Of a DNA stretch of 64,000 nt, positions 55,397-64,000 are shown in pieces (within the stretch, counting starts at the first letter, position 1; each line of letters starts with the position of its first letter). The DNA is from a virus. The notes below the pieces were generated by a model. It worked only from the letters and a program-made list of their open reading frames with translations. It searched no databases and was not told the DNA's origin. The DNA lies in the IMG/VR virus record IMGVR_UViG_3300023184_000105, positions 3,926 through 67,925 of that record. One strand, given 5' to 3'. The position numbers and the translations under genes are program-made.

Positions 55397-57115
55397 TTAT
55401 GCTGCGGGAGGTGCTTCTGGGGGTGCAGCCCCAGCACCTTCAGCACCTGGTTCTGCGGGAGGGGTTGCTGTAGCACCGGCTAGTCCCGACACATCAGCAC
55501 CCATTTGATTAGCAGTAATGCCGACACTTCGAAGTTCTGCACTGGCTGGCAACGATGCATCATCGTCAACATTTTCTTCACGCCAAAGTTTTTCGTTTTC
55601 TGCAACTTCTTCTTGGGTAAGTCCTAAGAAACGCTTGAGCGCAAAACGTTTACTAATCTGCGGAATAGCAATCATAGTTCCAAATGTTGTAACTCTAGCA
55701 GTATCCATTTCTGCTTGACGATATGCAGCAAAATTCTGTGGCGGATTAAATTGAACTTCAAAAATATTACTATCTACGTTGATACCTTTAGTGTGTAGAT
55801 ACATTTTAAATTCTGTATCAAACTGCTCATTCATTAGGGATTGTAGTCGTTCGCAGTATTTGTTGAATCGTAACTCTTGTATATAGGCTGTCCCAACTCG
55901 TCCGTCATTGAAACTGCTTCCTCCATCATCAGCCCCAGTAGGTAGATAACTACTTGGAATCCGCAAAGCACGAAACAACTTGTTAGTAAAGTACCTAAGG
56001 TCATCGATCTCTCCTAAGTTAGTTCCGCCCGGTAATACCTCAACTTTACTACCTCTTCCTTCGGCGGTTTGTGGGAAAAAGTAATCTTCATTGATGCTTA
56101 ATGGATTATATCCAGCATCTACTACACTTGAACCGCCACCTGTTGCACTAGGAATACGGCGTTGATTAACTTCATTTTTAACACGCTCAACAAATCCCAT
56201 GGCCAAATGACTTGGCATATTTCCTACATCAATGTAAAATACGCGACGTTCTGGGGCACGTTGTATACGATAAATTAAAATTGCATCTTCTAATAATTCT
56301 TTTTGTTTATATACCTTAAACACGCTTTCTAACAAACTTGTACCAAATGGAAAGTTGTTATCAAGTCCTTCACTCATGCTAATATGTATTACATGTTTAG
56401 AATCGATTGCATATTGATTTTCGTTTCTTGTAAATCTGCTACCTGCAACATTGCTAGGATAAGACCCAGTCATTCCCCTGCTGCCGCCGGCACCGCTTTG
56501 TCCTGAACTATATCCACCACCAGCATATTGACTACCGCCGCCGGTAATATTACTAGGGTTAATTGCAGTAGTTGCAAGTGTTTCTAAATTAGGATTAAAA
56601 TCACGAATCATGTATTGTTCAGGCTTTTTACCATCACTTTCGTTGACAATAATTTTATCTACTTTGTTGGGATCTATGTACATCCATGACTGTGTTTCAG
56701 GATCCCTAACAAAGAAAGTATCGCCGTATTTGAAACTGTTACGTACAATTTTAAAGATTCTAGTTTGAAATTTGTTTAGTTTAGACCACTGCTGCATGTA
56801 CTTACGGATGATTTTAATCTCAGTACTTGTGGCCTGATCTTTAAAAAATACTCTAAATGGAGTTCCATTTTCTTCGTTAGATTGTGTGCAAAATTCTGCT
56901 AAAATATCTAAAGCAGCATTAATTTCACTATCACTATCCATAGTATCATACTGTCCATAACGCTCTAAACGATTTGGATGTCCAGAATAAACATCTGGAA
57001 GATAACTAGAATAATTGCGGTGTGTGGGGTTAACACGGTCACCTCCTGTATTTCCGCTGATAGGACTTAACGTTCCTGATGCGTTAACTGGAGTAAAATA
57101 TTTCTTCCATGCCAT
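55397..57115 (-). CDS. gp20: Portal vertex protein
   Basis: LLEDAILIYRIQRAPERRVFYIDVGNMP, EDYFFP...GRGSKVEVLPGG.NLGEIDDLRYF..KLFRALRIP.S and ELRFNKYCERLQ. Confidence 0.97.
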   Translation of the reverse strand: MAWKKYFTPVNASGTLSPISGNTGGDRVNPTHRNYSSYLPDVYSGHPNRLERYGQYDTMDSDSEINAALDILAEFCTQSNEENGTPFRVFFKDQATSTEIKIIRKYMQQWSKLNKFQTRIFKIVRNSFKYGDTFFVRDPETQSWMYIDPNKVDKIIVNESDGKKPEQYMIRDFNPNLETLATTAINPSNITGGGSQYAGGGYSSGQSGAGGSRGMTGSYPSNVAGSRFTRNENQYAIDSKHVIHISMSEGLDNNFPFGTSLLESVFKVYKQKELLEDAILIYRIQRAPERRVFYIDVGNMPSHLAMGFVERVKNEVNQRRIPSATGGGSSVVDAGYNPLSINEDYFFPQTAEGRGSKVEVLPGGTNLGEIDDLRYFTNKLFRALRIPSSYLPTGADDGGSSFNDGRVGTAYIQELRFNKYCERLQSLMNEQFDTEFKMYLHTKGINVDSNIFEVQFNPPQNFAAYRQAEMDTARVTTFGTMIAIPQISKRFALKRFLGLTQEEVAENEKLWREENVDDDASLPASAELRSVGITANQMGADVSGLAGATATPPAEPGAEGAGAAPPEAPPAA

Positions 57116-57129
57116 TATTGTCTATATCC

Positions 57130-59637
57130 TTAGAATTTAAAAAGATCACCGCTTAAAGATTTAGTAGCACTTACACCTTGTTTAGTATGATCTGCAATAT
57201 CTTTTAGTTGTTTTAACATTTCCATAGTGTTCTTATTTAACGTTTCTATCTCTTTACTCAAAGTTTCTGTACCCTTGCTGCCAGTGAGTCCACCTAACAT
57301 AGATGACATTGCGCCACCTGCCTGTTGTGCTGCTCCTACCAAAGGAATGTTTGAACTCATTGATCCTAACATGTCTTTAAGTTTGCTCAATGGTAAAATA
57401 GCCTCGGGTTCTTTACCTTCTCCAATCATTCCTATACTAGGTTTAGTAGCAATTCCACCTTCGGCATGTTTTGGAACTTCAGCAGGTCCCATTAACTTTT
57501 CCCCGCCTAATTTACCCAATACACCACCTCCAAAACCTCCAATTGCTCCGCCTATTAATCCGCCAACAACTGTTCCTAACACCGGAACAATACTACCTAT
57601 TGCTGCACCTGCTGCTGCGCCCGCTGCGGCACCTGCTAGACCACCACCTGCTTCTCCTACTATACCACCTTTTTGTTTATCTGCTTCTGCTTTTGATATT
57701 TCACCTGTTTTCTCTTTATTAGAAACATCCATGAAGTCGCTAGCGGCCATACCTAAGCCTGCAAGAACACCTGCTACTCCAGCGGCCTTACCTGCAAATT
57801 TTAAGGCACCTTTACCTACGCCAGCAGCACCTTCGGCTAATGCACCTGCACCTGCAGGTACTTTTAAACCTTTTGGAGTTTTAACTTTTTTGCCTTTTTT
57901 ACCTTTTTCTAGTAAATCGCCAACACCGCCACCACCAGACATTTCTACAAAGAATGCTGTGCCTGCGCTTTGGCCGTCACGTTTTGTTAATCCACCTAGC
58001 ACAGATTTGCTAGCATTTAAGAATCCGCCAACACCACCAACACCACCTTTTCCTCCGGCAACCTGCGACGCTCTTGCAACTTCTAAAATGTTTTGTAGTT
58101 TTTGTGCTGCCCAATACGCAGCCAATGCTGCAACAATACCCACTGTAACAATTTTAAATTGTACCAACGTTTCAATGATTGCGCCAAACCCTCTCACTAT
58201 ACCTTGTATCATAGGAGTTAACAGTTTTATAGCAGGCATTAGTGCTGACATCACTGTCTGTCCAAGTTCCTGTACAGCCTTTTGCGTTTGTACAGCATTA
58301 GCAACTTCTGCTGTTGCTAATTTTTCTTTTTTTGCTTTTTGATCTAATGCCGCATAGTATTCTTCATCAGATATTCTTGACGATCGAGTTGCTAACGCTT
58401 GACTTGTGTTTAATTGTTTTCCTGCTTCGGCATTTGAAGCACCTAATGCAAATTGTAATTCTAAAGGAAACTTTTTCATGTCCTGTTGATTTGCACGTAC
58501 ACCTTTTACATATTCTTTATTTTGATCGTCTAAAGTTTTACTACCATCTGTAACGTTCTTTGCTGAACGCATAACTGATTCATTAGTTTTACCCATAGTA
58601 GCAGTAAACATTTGTGCTTCTTTGGTAATAGGTGGTACACCCATAACTTTAGATTGAAATGCATCTGCTGCGCCTTTACCCCCAAGTGCTAGTGCATTAG
58701 CCATTCCACGTATTGCTTTGTCTTTTTCTTCTGGACTCATTTGTGCTAACTTTGCTTCCCAAGAAGCATTCTTAGCACGTTCTTTCATTTCTTTATCTAA
58801 TTCTTCTCTGTTTTGTCCTGTAAGATCTGCAAGACTTTGCAGTTGACCCATATATTCAGTAGCACCTTTGACCAGTGCTTCTGTATTTTGCATCTCTTTC
58901 TTATTTCTACCACCTGTTGCTGTAAGATAAGATCCTAATCCTTGATTAACTTGTTCTGTAGTATAACCTAAATTTCTTAAATAATCGCCTGCTTCACTTT
59001 TTAATAATGAATTGCTTAATTTACTAAATGCCATAGCACCACTATTAGCAGTGCCACCTAAATTAGCAAATAATCCGCTATTTGCCTTCATTACTCTTGC
59101 AAACTCATCTAGAGTCATATAAGAGTTTTGAGCAGCCATACGCATATCAGTTAGGCTTCCATTGAAGTTGACACCAGTTTGACTTAGTTGTTGATATGTC
59201 TGTAAATTTTGTTCTTGAAATTTAGCCAATCTTCCAAATAGGTCTGCTACTAGCCCAACTGGACCACCTATTTGTTTTGATAATTCTCCAAATATACCAC
59301 TAGCCCTGCCAGTACCATCTATTAGTTGACTAATGAACGGACTTAATGCACTATCGAGATTTCTAAAGCCTTGTTCAACTACAGCGGTGCCTGCACCCAA
59401 TGCATACATTGATTCGTAAGTATATCGACTACTTTTACCTACTTGTTGTAAATTGGTATTAGCAGCGGCAACTGCGGCAGGATCTAACCCTGCTTTGGTT
59501 GCAATTTTACTAACACTTTCTATTGTTTGCTTATTTGCAGATAGTGTAGCATTTAATAAAAGTCGTAAGGTTGCTTCTGTAGCCGCATTATTCAGTGCTA
59601 CTTGTTCATTGCCTATGGTACCGGTGACTTCAGCCAT
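57130..59637 (-). CDS. Tape measure protein
   Basis: 835 aa, long helical Ala/Gly-rich, glycine-zipper GAAAGAAIGS..PVLGT, and HAEGGIATKPSIGMIGEG..PEAILPL motif. Confidence 0.8.
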   Translation of the reverse strand: MAEVTGTIGNEQVALNNAATEATLRLLLNATLSANKQTIESVSKIATKAGLDPAAVAAANTNLQQVGKSSRYTYESMYALGAGTAVVEQGFRNLDSALSPFISQLIDGTGRASGIFGELSKQIGGPVGLVADLFGRLAKFQEQNLQTYQQLSQTGVNFNGSLTDMRMAAQNSYMTLDEFARVMKANSGLFANLGGTANSGAMAFSKLSNSLLKSEAGDYLRNLGYTTEQVNQGLGSYLTATGGRNKKEMQNTEALVKGATEYMGQLQSLADLTGQNREELDKEMKERAKNASWEAKLAQMSPEEKDKAIRGMANALALGGKGAADAFQSKVMGVPPITKEAQMFTATMGKTNESVMRSAKNVTDGSKTLDDQNKEYVKGVRANQQDMKKFPLELQFALGASNAEAGKQLNTSQALATRSSRISDEEYYAALDQKAKKEKLATAEVANAVQTQKAVQELGQTVMSALMPAIKLLTPMIQGIVRGFGAIIETLVQFKIVTVGIVAALAAYWAAQKLQNILEVARASQVAGGKGGVGGVGGFLNASKSVLGGLTKRDGQSAGTAFFVEMSGGGGVGDLLEKGKKGKKVKTPKGLKVPAGAGALAEGAAGVGKGALKFAGKAAGVAGVLAGLGMAASDFMDVSNKEKTGEISKAEADKQKGGIVGEAGGGLAGAAAGAAAGAAIGSIVPVLGTVVGGLIGGAIGGFGGGVLGKLGGEKLMGPAEVPKHAEGGIATKPSIGMIGEGKEPEAILPLSKLKDMLGSMSSNIPLVGAAQQAGGAMSSMLGGLTGSKGTETLSKEIETLNKNTMEMLKQLKDIADHTKQGVSATKSLSGDLFKF

Positions 59638-59663
59638 TCTTTTTTAGTGATAATCTACGTACA

Positions 59664-59696
59664 TAAATAATAGTTACATATCGTATTGTTTATTTA
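59664..59696. promoter_or_regulatory. Face-to-face divergent late promoters
   Basis: Plus-strand TAAATA at 59664-59669 (towards 59712) and minus-strand TAAATA at 59696-59691 (towards the tape measure gene). Confidence 0.6.
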
Positions 59697-59711
59697 TTCG
59701 GAGACAAATCC

Positions 59712-60578
59712 ATGGTAGCACACGTCAACAAACATAACCCGCTTGTATCATTTATGAGACAACCAAAAATCTATATTAGATTGCCCAGTAATGGAGATTA
59801 TTGGCCAGCAGGTAGTTTAGATATTAGCGAAACAGGAGAGTATCCAGTTTATTCAATGACTGCAAAAGATGAACTTATGCTAAAAGTTCCCGATGCTGTT
59901 ATGAATGGACAGGCAGTAGTTGAAGTATTACAGCATTGTATACCAAACATTAAAAATGCATGGATGACTCCGAGTATTGATCTTGATATCATTCTAATTG
60001 CTATTAGATTAGCCACATATGGTGAAAAAATGAATACTCCGATTACAATTGGTAATGACGAAGAATTAGAATATGTAGTAGATCTTCGTACCATTATGGA
60101 TACATTACAATCGCAAATCACATGGGATCCGGTAGTACCAGTTAATGAAAATTTAACAGTTTTTGTTCGCCCAATGAACTACAAACAGATTAGCGAAAGT
60201 GCATTAAAAACTTTTGAAACTCAAAAGATTATGCAAATTGTTAACAATGATAACATGGATGAAGATACCAAAGTAGCAGCATTTAAAGAAAGTTTTAGCA
60301 AACTAACTGACGTTACACTAGGTATGGTGCAGAGTGGAATCTACAGAGTTGACAGTAGTGAAGGTAGTACTGATAACCCGGCTTTTATTAAAGAATTCGT
60401 AGACAATGTTGATAAAGATATTTTTAATGCTGTACAACATCACTTAGAAAAATTAAGAGAAATTAATTCAATTAAACCTATACAAATTGTAGTTACTGAA
60501 GAAATGAAAGCAAGAGGTATACAAGGCGAGTTTGTTGAAATTCCTATTACATTTGATCCATCAACTTTTTTCGTATAA
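59712..60578 (+). CDS. Baseplate hub / tail assembly chaperone (T4 gp26/gp51-like)
   Basis: RQPKIYIRLPS...PVYSMTAKDEL...SIDLDIILIAIRLATYGE; ends in STFFV over a slippery T TTT TTC. Confidence 0.8.
   Translation: MVAHVNKHNPLVSFMRQPKIYIRLPSNGDYWPAGSLDISETGEYPVYSMTAKDELMLKVPDAVMNGQAVVEVLQHCIPNIKNAWMTPSIDLDIILIAIRLATYGEKMNTPITIGNDEELEYVVDLRTIMDTLQSQITWDPVVPVNENLTVFVRPMNYKQISESALKTFETQKIMQIVNNDNMDEDTKVAAFKESFSKLTDVTLGMVQSGIYRVDSSEGSTDNPAFIKEFVDNVDKDIFNAVQHHLEKLREINSIKPIQIVVTEEMKARGIQGEFVEIPITFDPSTFFV
60566..60572 (+). other. Putative -1 programmed ribosomal frameshift site T TTT TTC
   Basis: X XXY YYZ heptamer just before the last sense codon and stop; the -1 frame is open to 60802. Confidence 0.65.
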
Positions 60579-60583
60579 GGCTT

Positions 60584-60802
60584 TTGCATCTTGACTTAGA
60601 AGGCCTCAACAATCTAAGTTTAGAATACGAGAATGATTCAAAAGCCATTAAAGAAGAACTCTTTAGAATGTGTTGGTATATGAGGGGTAGCCTCTCTTTT
60701 ACAGAGGCATTTCTATTAACAGTTGAAGATAGAGAAATTATTGCAAAGATAATTGAAGAAAATTTAGAAACTTCTAAAACAACACAGATGCCGTTCTTTT
60801 AA
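60584..60802 (+). CDS. Tail chaperone C-terminal extension (T-like), probably expressed as a frameshift fusion
   Basis: Weak TTG start; ORF lies in the -1 frame of the upstream gene; CWYMRGSLSFTEAFLLTVEDREII. Confidence 0.65.
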   Translation: MHLDLEGLNNLSLEYENDSKAIKEELFRMCWYMRGSLSFTEAFLLTVEDREIIAKIIEENLETSKTTQMPFF

Positions 60803-61962
60803 AGATCCATACCTAAGAAGTTACTGCGAAATTTTAATTTCTTACCTTCGCCCATATTTCGAACTTGTAATCCATTTACTTTAGGACCTTTAAATTGCGG
60901 TGCTGCGGCAGGTGCCGGTGCTGCGGCAGGTGCCGGTGCTGCGGCAGGTGCCGGTTGTCCGTATGCACTCTTTACACTGTAAGCACCTTGCGAAGGAGTT
61001 GCTTGCGGTAATGGTGCTGCTTTAGGCATTCCAGAATAATTTACTTTACTTGGTGCTGGTGCCTGAGATTGCCCGCTGCCAAAATTTGGCGCTGGTTTTG
61101 CTGCTGGTGTTTCAGGTGCTGCCGCTGGTGTTTCAGGTGCTGCCGCTGGTGCTTCAGGTGCTGCCGCTGGTGCAGGCGGAGGAATCATTTCACCGGTTTT
61201 ATTGTCATACTTTCCACCTGCTGCTTTATGAGCCGCACGCTCTGCATCAGTATATTGGGGAGGTACTGGAGGTGCTGCGCCATCTGCTGGTGCTGCTTCA
61301 GGTGGTGTTTCTTCTGCCGGTGGAGGAGTGTTTATACTCTTATCTAATTCGCCTGCTAATTGTTTCTTACTTGCAGGATCTAACCCGTCAATGGCCTTCA
61401 TAATATCACTTATCCCACCACCGCCTGTTTTTGGTGGTGCGCCTGCATCCGGTGGACTTGGAGTTTCGCCACCTGGCGATGCTGCTCCACCTCCGCCTGC
61501 CGGTGCAACATATGGACGATCAGATCCGCCCCCTGCTACCGGTGGTGTTTCTGCTGCCGGTGGTGTTGCCCCTGCTACCGGTGGTGTTGCCCCTGCTACC
61601 GGTGGTGTTTCTGCTGCCGGTGCTGCTTGATCTTTTGGAGCCCATGATGCCTTAGCATCCGCATAACCTTTTTTAGCATCCTGCCATGCGGCTCCAATTC
61701 CACCTACTACATGTCCAGCAGCCTTGCCTAAGAATGAACCAACACCTTCATTTAACATTCGATTATGATATGAATTAACTAGATTAGCAGCAAAGTTTTC
61801 ATTTAATGTTTTTGCTTTTGCTAGTCCAAGGTCTTCAACAGCAATTTTATAACCGAGATTTAAAAGTCGTTGCTGAGTTTTAATACCTTTTGGCAATCTA
61901 CTGGCAACACTTTCGTGATATTTTGTTTTTTTATTAGTTGCTACGAGTTGGGTAATCTTCAT
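60799..61962 (-). CDS. Pro/Ala-rich hypothetical protein, probable internal head protein
   Basis: 387 aa with LNE-G type sites, low-complexity repeats and C-terminal FRSNFLGMDL. Confidence 0.6.
   Translation of the reverse strand: MKITQLVATNKKTKYHESVASRLPKGIKTQQRLLNLGYKIAVEDLGLAKAKTLNENFAANLVNSYHNRMLNEGVGSFLGKAAGHVVGGIGAAWQDAKKGYADAKASWAPKDQAAPAAETPPVAGATPPVAGATPPAAETPPVAGGGSDRPYVAPAGGGGAASPGGETPSPPDAGAPPKTGGGGISDIMKAIDGLDPASKKQLAGELDKSINTPPPAEETPPEAAPADGAAPPVPPQYTDAERAAHKAAGGKYDNKTGEMIPPPAPAAAPEAPAAAPETPAAAPETPAAKPAPNFGSGQSQAPAPSKVNYSGMPKAAPLPQATPSQGAYSVKSAYGQPAPAAAPAPAAAPAPAAAPQFKGPKVNGLQVRNMGEGKKLKFRSNFLGMDL
60898..60955. repeat. 18-nt tandem repeat x3 (PAPAAA)
   Basis: GGTGCTGCGGCAGGTGCC repeated; 21-nt repeats also occur at about 61100-61172 and 61530-61625. 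Confidence 0.85.
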
Positions 61963-61973
61963 ATCTGTTCCTA

Positions 61974-63731
61974 TTATTTCTTTAAGTATGCTAATACTTG
62001 TTTCTGTTCTTCGGGGGTTAGTGCCATTATTTGTGCAAGCATGTCTTTAATATTTACCGTTGAAAGGCCAGCATTCTTTTTCATTGCGTCTAACTCATCA
62101 GGTTTGGCGGCATCTGTTTTTTCATCTCTGAACATTGGGGGATCTTCTCGATCAGCAACATCCGCTGCCGCATCTGCTGGTGCGTCCAATGTTGGATCAG
62201 TTTTACCAGTTGGTGCTGGAATTTTTAAATCTGTAAAAAGTTTAGTAACAACATCGGATTTAACTCCTGCACTTTGTAATACTTTAGAAATTTCTTCACT
62301 ATCAGTTGGACTACCTGCTGCTGTCCATGCTTGATTTAATGCTTCAGGAGTAACTCCGCCTGCTGCGGCCTCACCTTCTTTTCCTTTACCGTTAAACCAA
62401 TCCATTACACCTTCTTTAATAGTTGATTTTAATATAACACCAGATGTAAGTAATCCTAATGACTCTTGAATGAACCACATATTCAATGTTGCTTGCTTAT
62501 CAACATACGCAGATTCAAAATTATTTTTTGTTCCAACACGACTTGTTGGATTCATTATTTTTGCATATTCCGATTGCCCTTGTGGAGTATTTTGATAATA
62601 ATCTTGTTGTCCTTTAATGCTGGCCATAGTAGCAGGATTACTTGGATCGGCATTATTAATTGCAGTTCCACTCCCTGGCTGCTGTACAAGTCCAGCGCCG
62701 CCTGCTTTCATGGCTGCATCAGACCATGCTTGCATCCCAACTGATCGCCCAGGTGATTGCATAACTGCGCCGGGGTCGTCCCCTGACGCACCTCGATATA
62801 CCGGTCCGGGGGCTTGATCGTAAGCCCCGACATCACCTCTGGACCCGCTTGCTGGGCTAGAACCATTACCAAATCCCGAACCAGGAAACTTTGGTTCCAA
62901 TACTCCTCTTGCTTGTTCTATTTCATCGCGACTTGCATTTGGATTTAAACCAAGACGTTGTGCTTCGGCACCGCGAAGCGGTTCAGGTGCGCCTGCATCG
63001 CCTTGACCTTTAACCGCACCTGCAACAGCATCAACTCCTCCACTAACAGCAGTTGTAACTAAATTACCAACTACAGCAGCAGCGCCGCCCATTAGTGCAG
63101 GTTTAATAGCACCTTTAAATGCTGATTTCCAATCTTGTCCTTGCATCTTAGCAGCAGCAATGGATATAACACCTGCAACCACTGCACCTGTTATTGCAGC
63201 AGCAACAGGGCCACCACCAAACAATGCTATCTTACTTAAAAGAGAACCTAGTCCAGCACCTACTGCGGTAAGAATAAGTTGTTGTGCCCCTGGATTCTTA
63301 ATACCTTGTTTAACCCATTGCATTACACTTTGTTTAGTTGCTGCATCTGCTGGCAATGCACTAACCGCAGCAGCAGCCTTTTGATCAAAACCATCAACAG
63401 GTCCTGCATCAGGAGCAGGCAATGATTTTTCTAAACTAGCCGCTTGACTAGTAGGTAATATTTTATCAACAAACGATGCTAACTTTCCTGGATCTTTTGG
63501 TGCTGCACCTGCCGAACCACCTGCTTGTTTAAAGATGTTTTGTATTTGATCAGGCGTTAGGGCTATTTCAGCCAAATAACGATCATACCCTTTGATAAAC
63601 CCTTCGTCTAGATTTCTCCAATGTGGCATCATTTCAGGAGAATTATAAACACTCTCAACCATGTATTTTTTAATAGAGGGTATGTTTTGTTCTATCTCAT
63701 CTAGCCTAGCAGTTAGTTGTCTTATGTCCAT
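61974..63731 (-). CDS. Hypothetical 585-aa protein, probable ejected/internal head protein with hydrophobic helices
   Basis: Perfect TATAAATA promoter upstream; hydrophobic GAGLGSLLSKIALFGGGPVAAAITGAVVAGVISIAAA segment; MKKNAGL motif. Confidence 0.6.
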   Translation of the reverse strand: MDIRQLTARLDEIEQNIPSIKKYMVESVYNSPEMMPHWRNLDEGFIKGYDRYLAEIALTPDQIQNIFKQAGGSAGAAPKDPGKLASFVDKILPTSQAASLEKSLPAPDAGPVDGFDQKAAAAVSALPADAATKQSVMQWVKQGIKNPGAQQLILTAVGAGLGSLLSKIALFGGGPVAAAITGAVVAGVISIAAAKMQGQDWKSAFKGAIKPALMGGAAAVVGNLVTTAVSGGVDAVAGAVKGQGDAGAPEPLRGAEAQRLGLNPNASRDEIEQARGVLEPKFPGSGFGNGSSPASGSRGDVGAYDQAPGPVYRGASGDDPGAVMQSPGRSVGMQAWSDAAMKAGGAGLVQQPGSGTAINNADPSNPATMASIKGQQDYYQNTPQGQSEYAKIMNPTSRVGTKNNFESAYVDKQATLNMWFIQESLGLLTSGVILKSTIKEGVMDWFNGKGKEGEAAAGGVTPEALNQAWTAAGSPTDSEEISKVLQSAGVKSDVVTKLFTDLKIPAPTGKTDPTLDAPADAAADVADREDPPMFRDEKTDAAKPDELDAMKKNAGLSTVNIKDMLAQIMALTPEEQKQVLAYLKK

Positions 63732-63754
63732 ACGGATATCCTGATTGTATTTGT

Positions 63755-63762
63755 TATTTATA
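63755..63762 (-). promoter_or_regulatory. Consensus T4 late promoter TATAAATA
   Basis: Minus strand TATAAATA, 23 nt upstream of the ATG at 63731; overlaps a plus-strand TATAAATG. Confidence 0.75.
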
Positions 63763-64000
63763 AATGAACTGCGTTCATTTGCTCTTTCGCTAATCGCTCA
63801 GAGCATTTAGTATCTTCGTAGAAGATATTTAATATTATTCAGATTGTTCAGTCACACTTTGCCCAGGGCGGGCAAAGAAACATTATTCGAGTTGAACATA
63901 TCACTTAGTGTTACTGCATTACAGTGGCGGTTGGCCTGTACCACGAGCAGCGTCTTTATCCAGCGGCGGCTTATGTATATACACTAACATATACATAAAC
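63762..64000. other. Densely structured non-coding region (candidate ncRNA or origin), truncated by the window edge
   Basis: At least six inverted repeats within 240 nt and no ORF in the track. Confidence 0.5.

Noticed and set aside
57227-58342. 371-aa plus-strand ORF antisense to the tape measure gene
   Set aside because: Pro/Ala-rich mirror of Gly/Ala codons on the coding strand, with no promoter or recognisable motif; a shadow ORF.
63841-63960. tRNA in the terminal structured region
   Set aside because: A TTCGA is present but no cloverleaf with acceptor stem, D arm and anticodon arm could be built.
1-64000. Alternative genetic code or stop-codon reassignment
   Set aside because: Conserved genes are full length under the standard code, coding density is high, and TAA, TAG and TGA all appear as gene ends.

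Overview
This is a 64-kb, AT-rich segment of a large T4-superfamily myovirus genome, almost entirely coded on the minus strand. The left ~10.5 kb is a nucleotide/replication/recombination block: a truncated DnaE-like polymerase fragment, dCMP deaminase, a cytidylyltransferase-cupin fusion, an MBD4-like glycosylase, a gp62-like clamp loader subunit, UvsW, UvsY, UvsX and gp32. The remainder is virion morphogenesis: terminase subunits, head completion protein, tube, sheath, neck gp13/14/15, a ~19-kb cluster of Thr/Gly-rich fibre or spike genes, major capsid, scaffold, prohead protease, portal, tape measure, tail/baseplate chaperones and likely internal head proteins. The most unusual observation is a 2180-aa beta-helix virion protein with seven C-x-R-D helical repeats, mostly ~161-176 aa apart, that resemble phycobiliprotein subunits including the bilin-attachment cysteine. 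Other notable signals are a probable lambda-G/GT-type -1 frameshift (T TTT TTC) beside the tape measure gene, late TAAATA promoters placed exactly 5 nt before many ATGs (implying leaderless mRNAs), a prodomain-less S53 protease in the structural module, and a densely structured non-coding region at the right edge. All calls are by motif recognition; no database searches were run.
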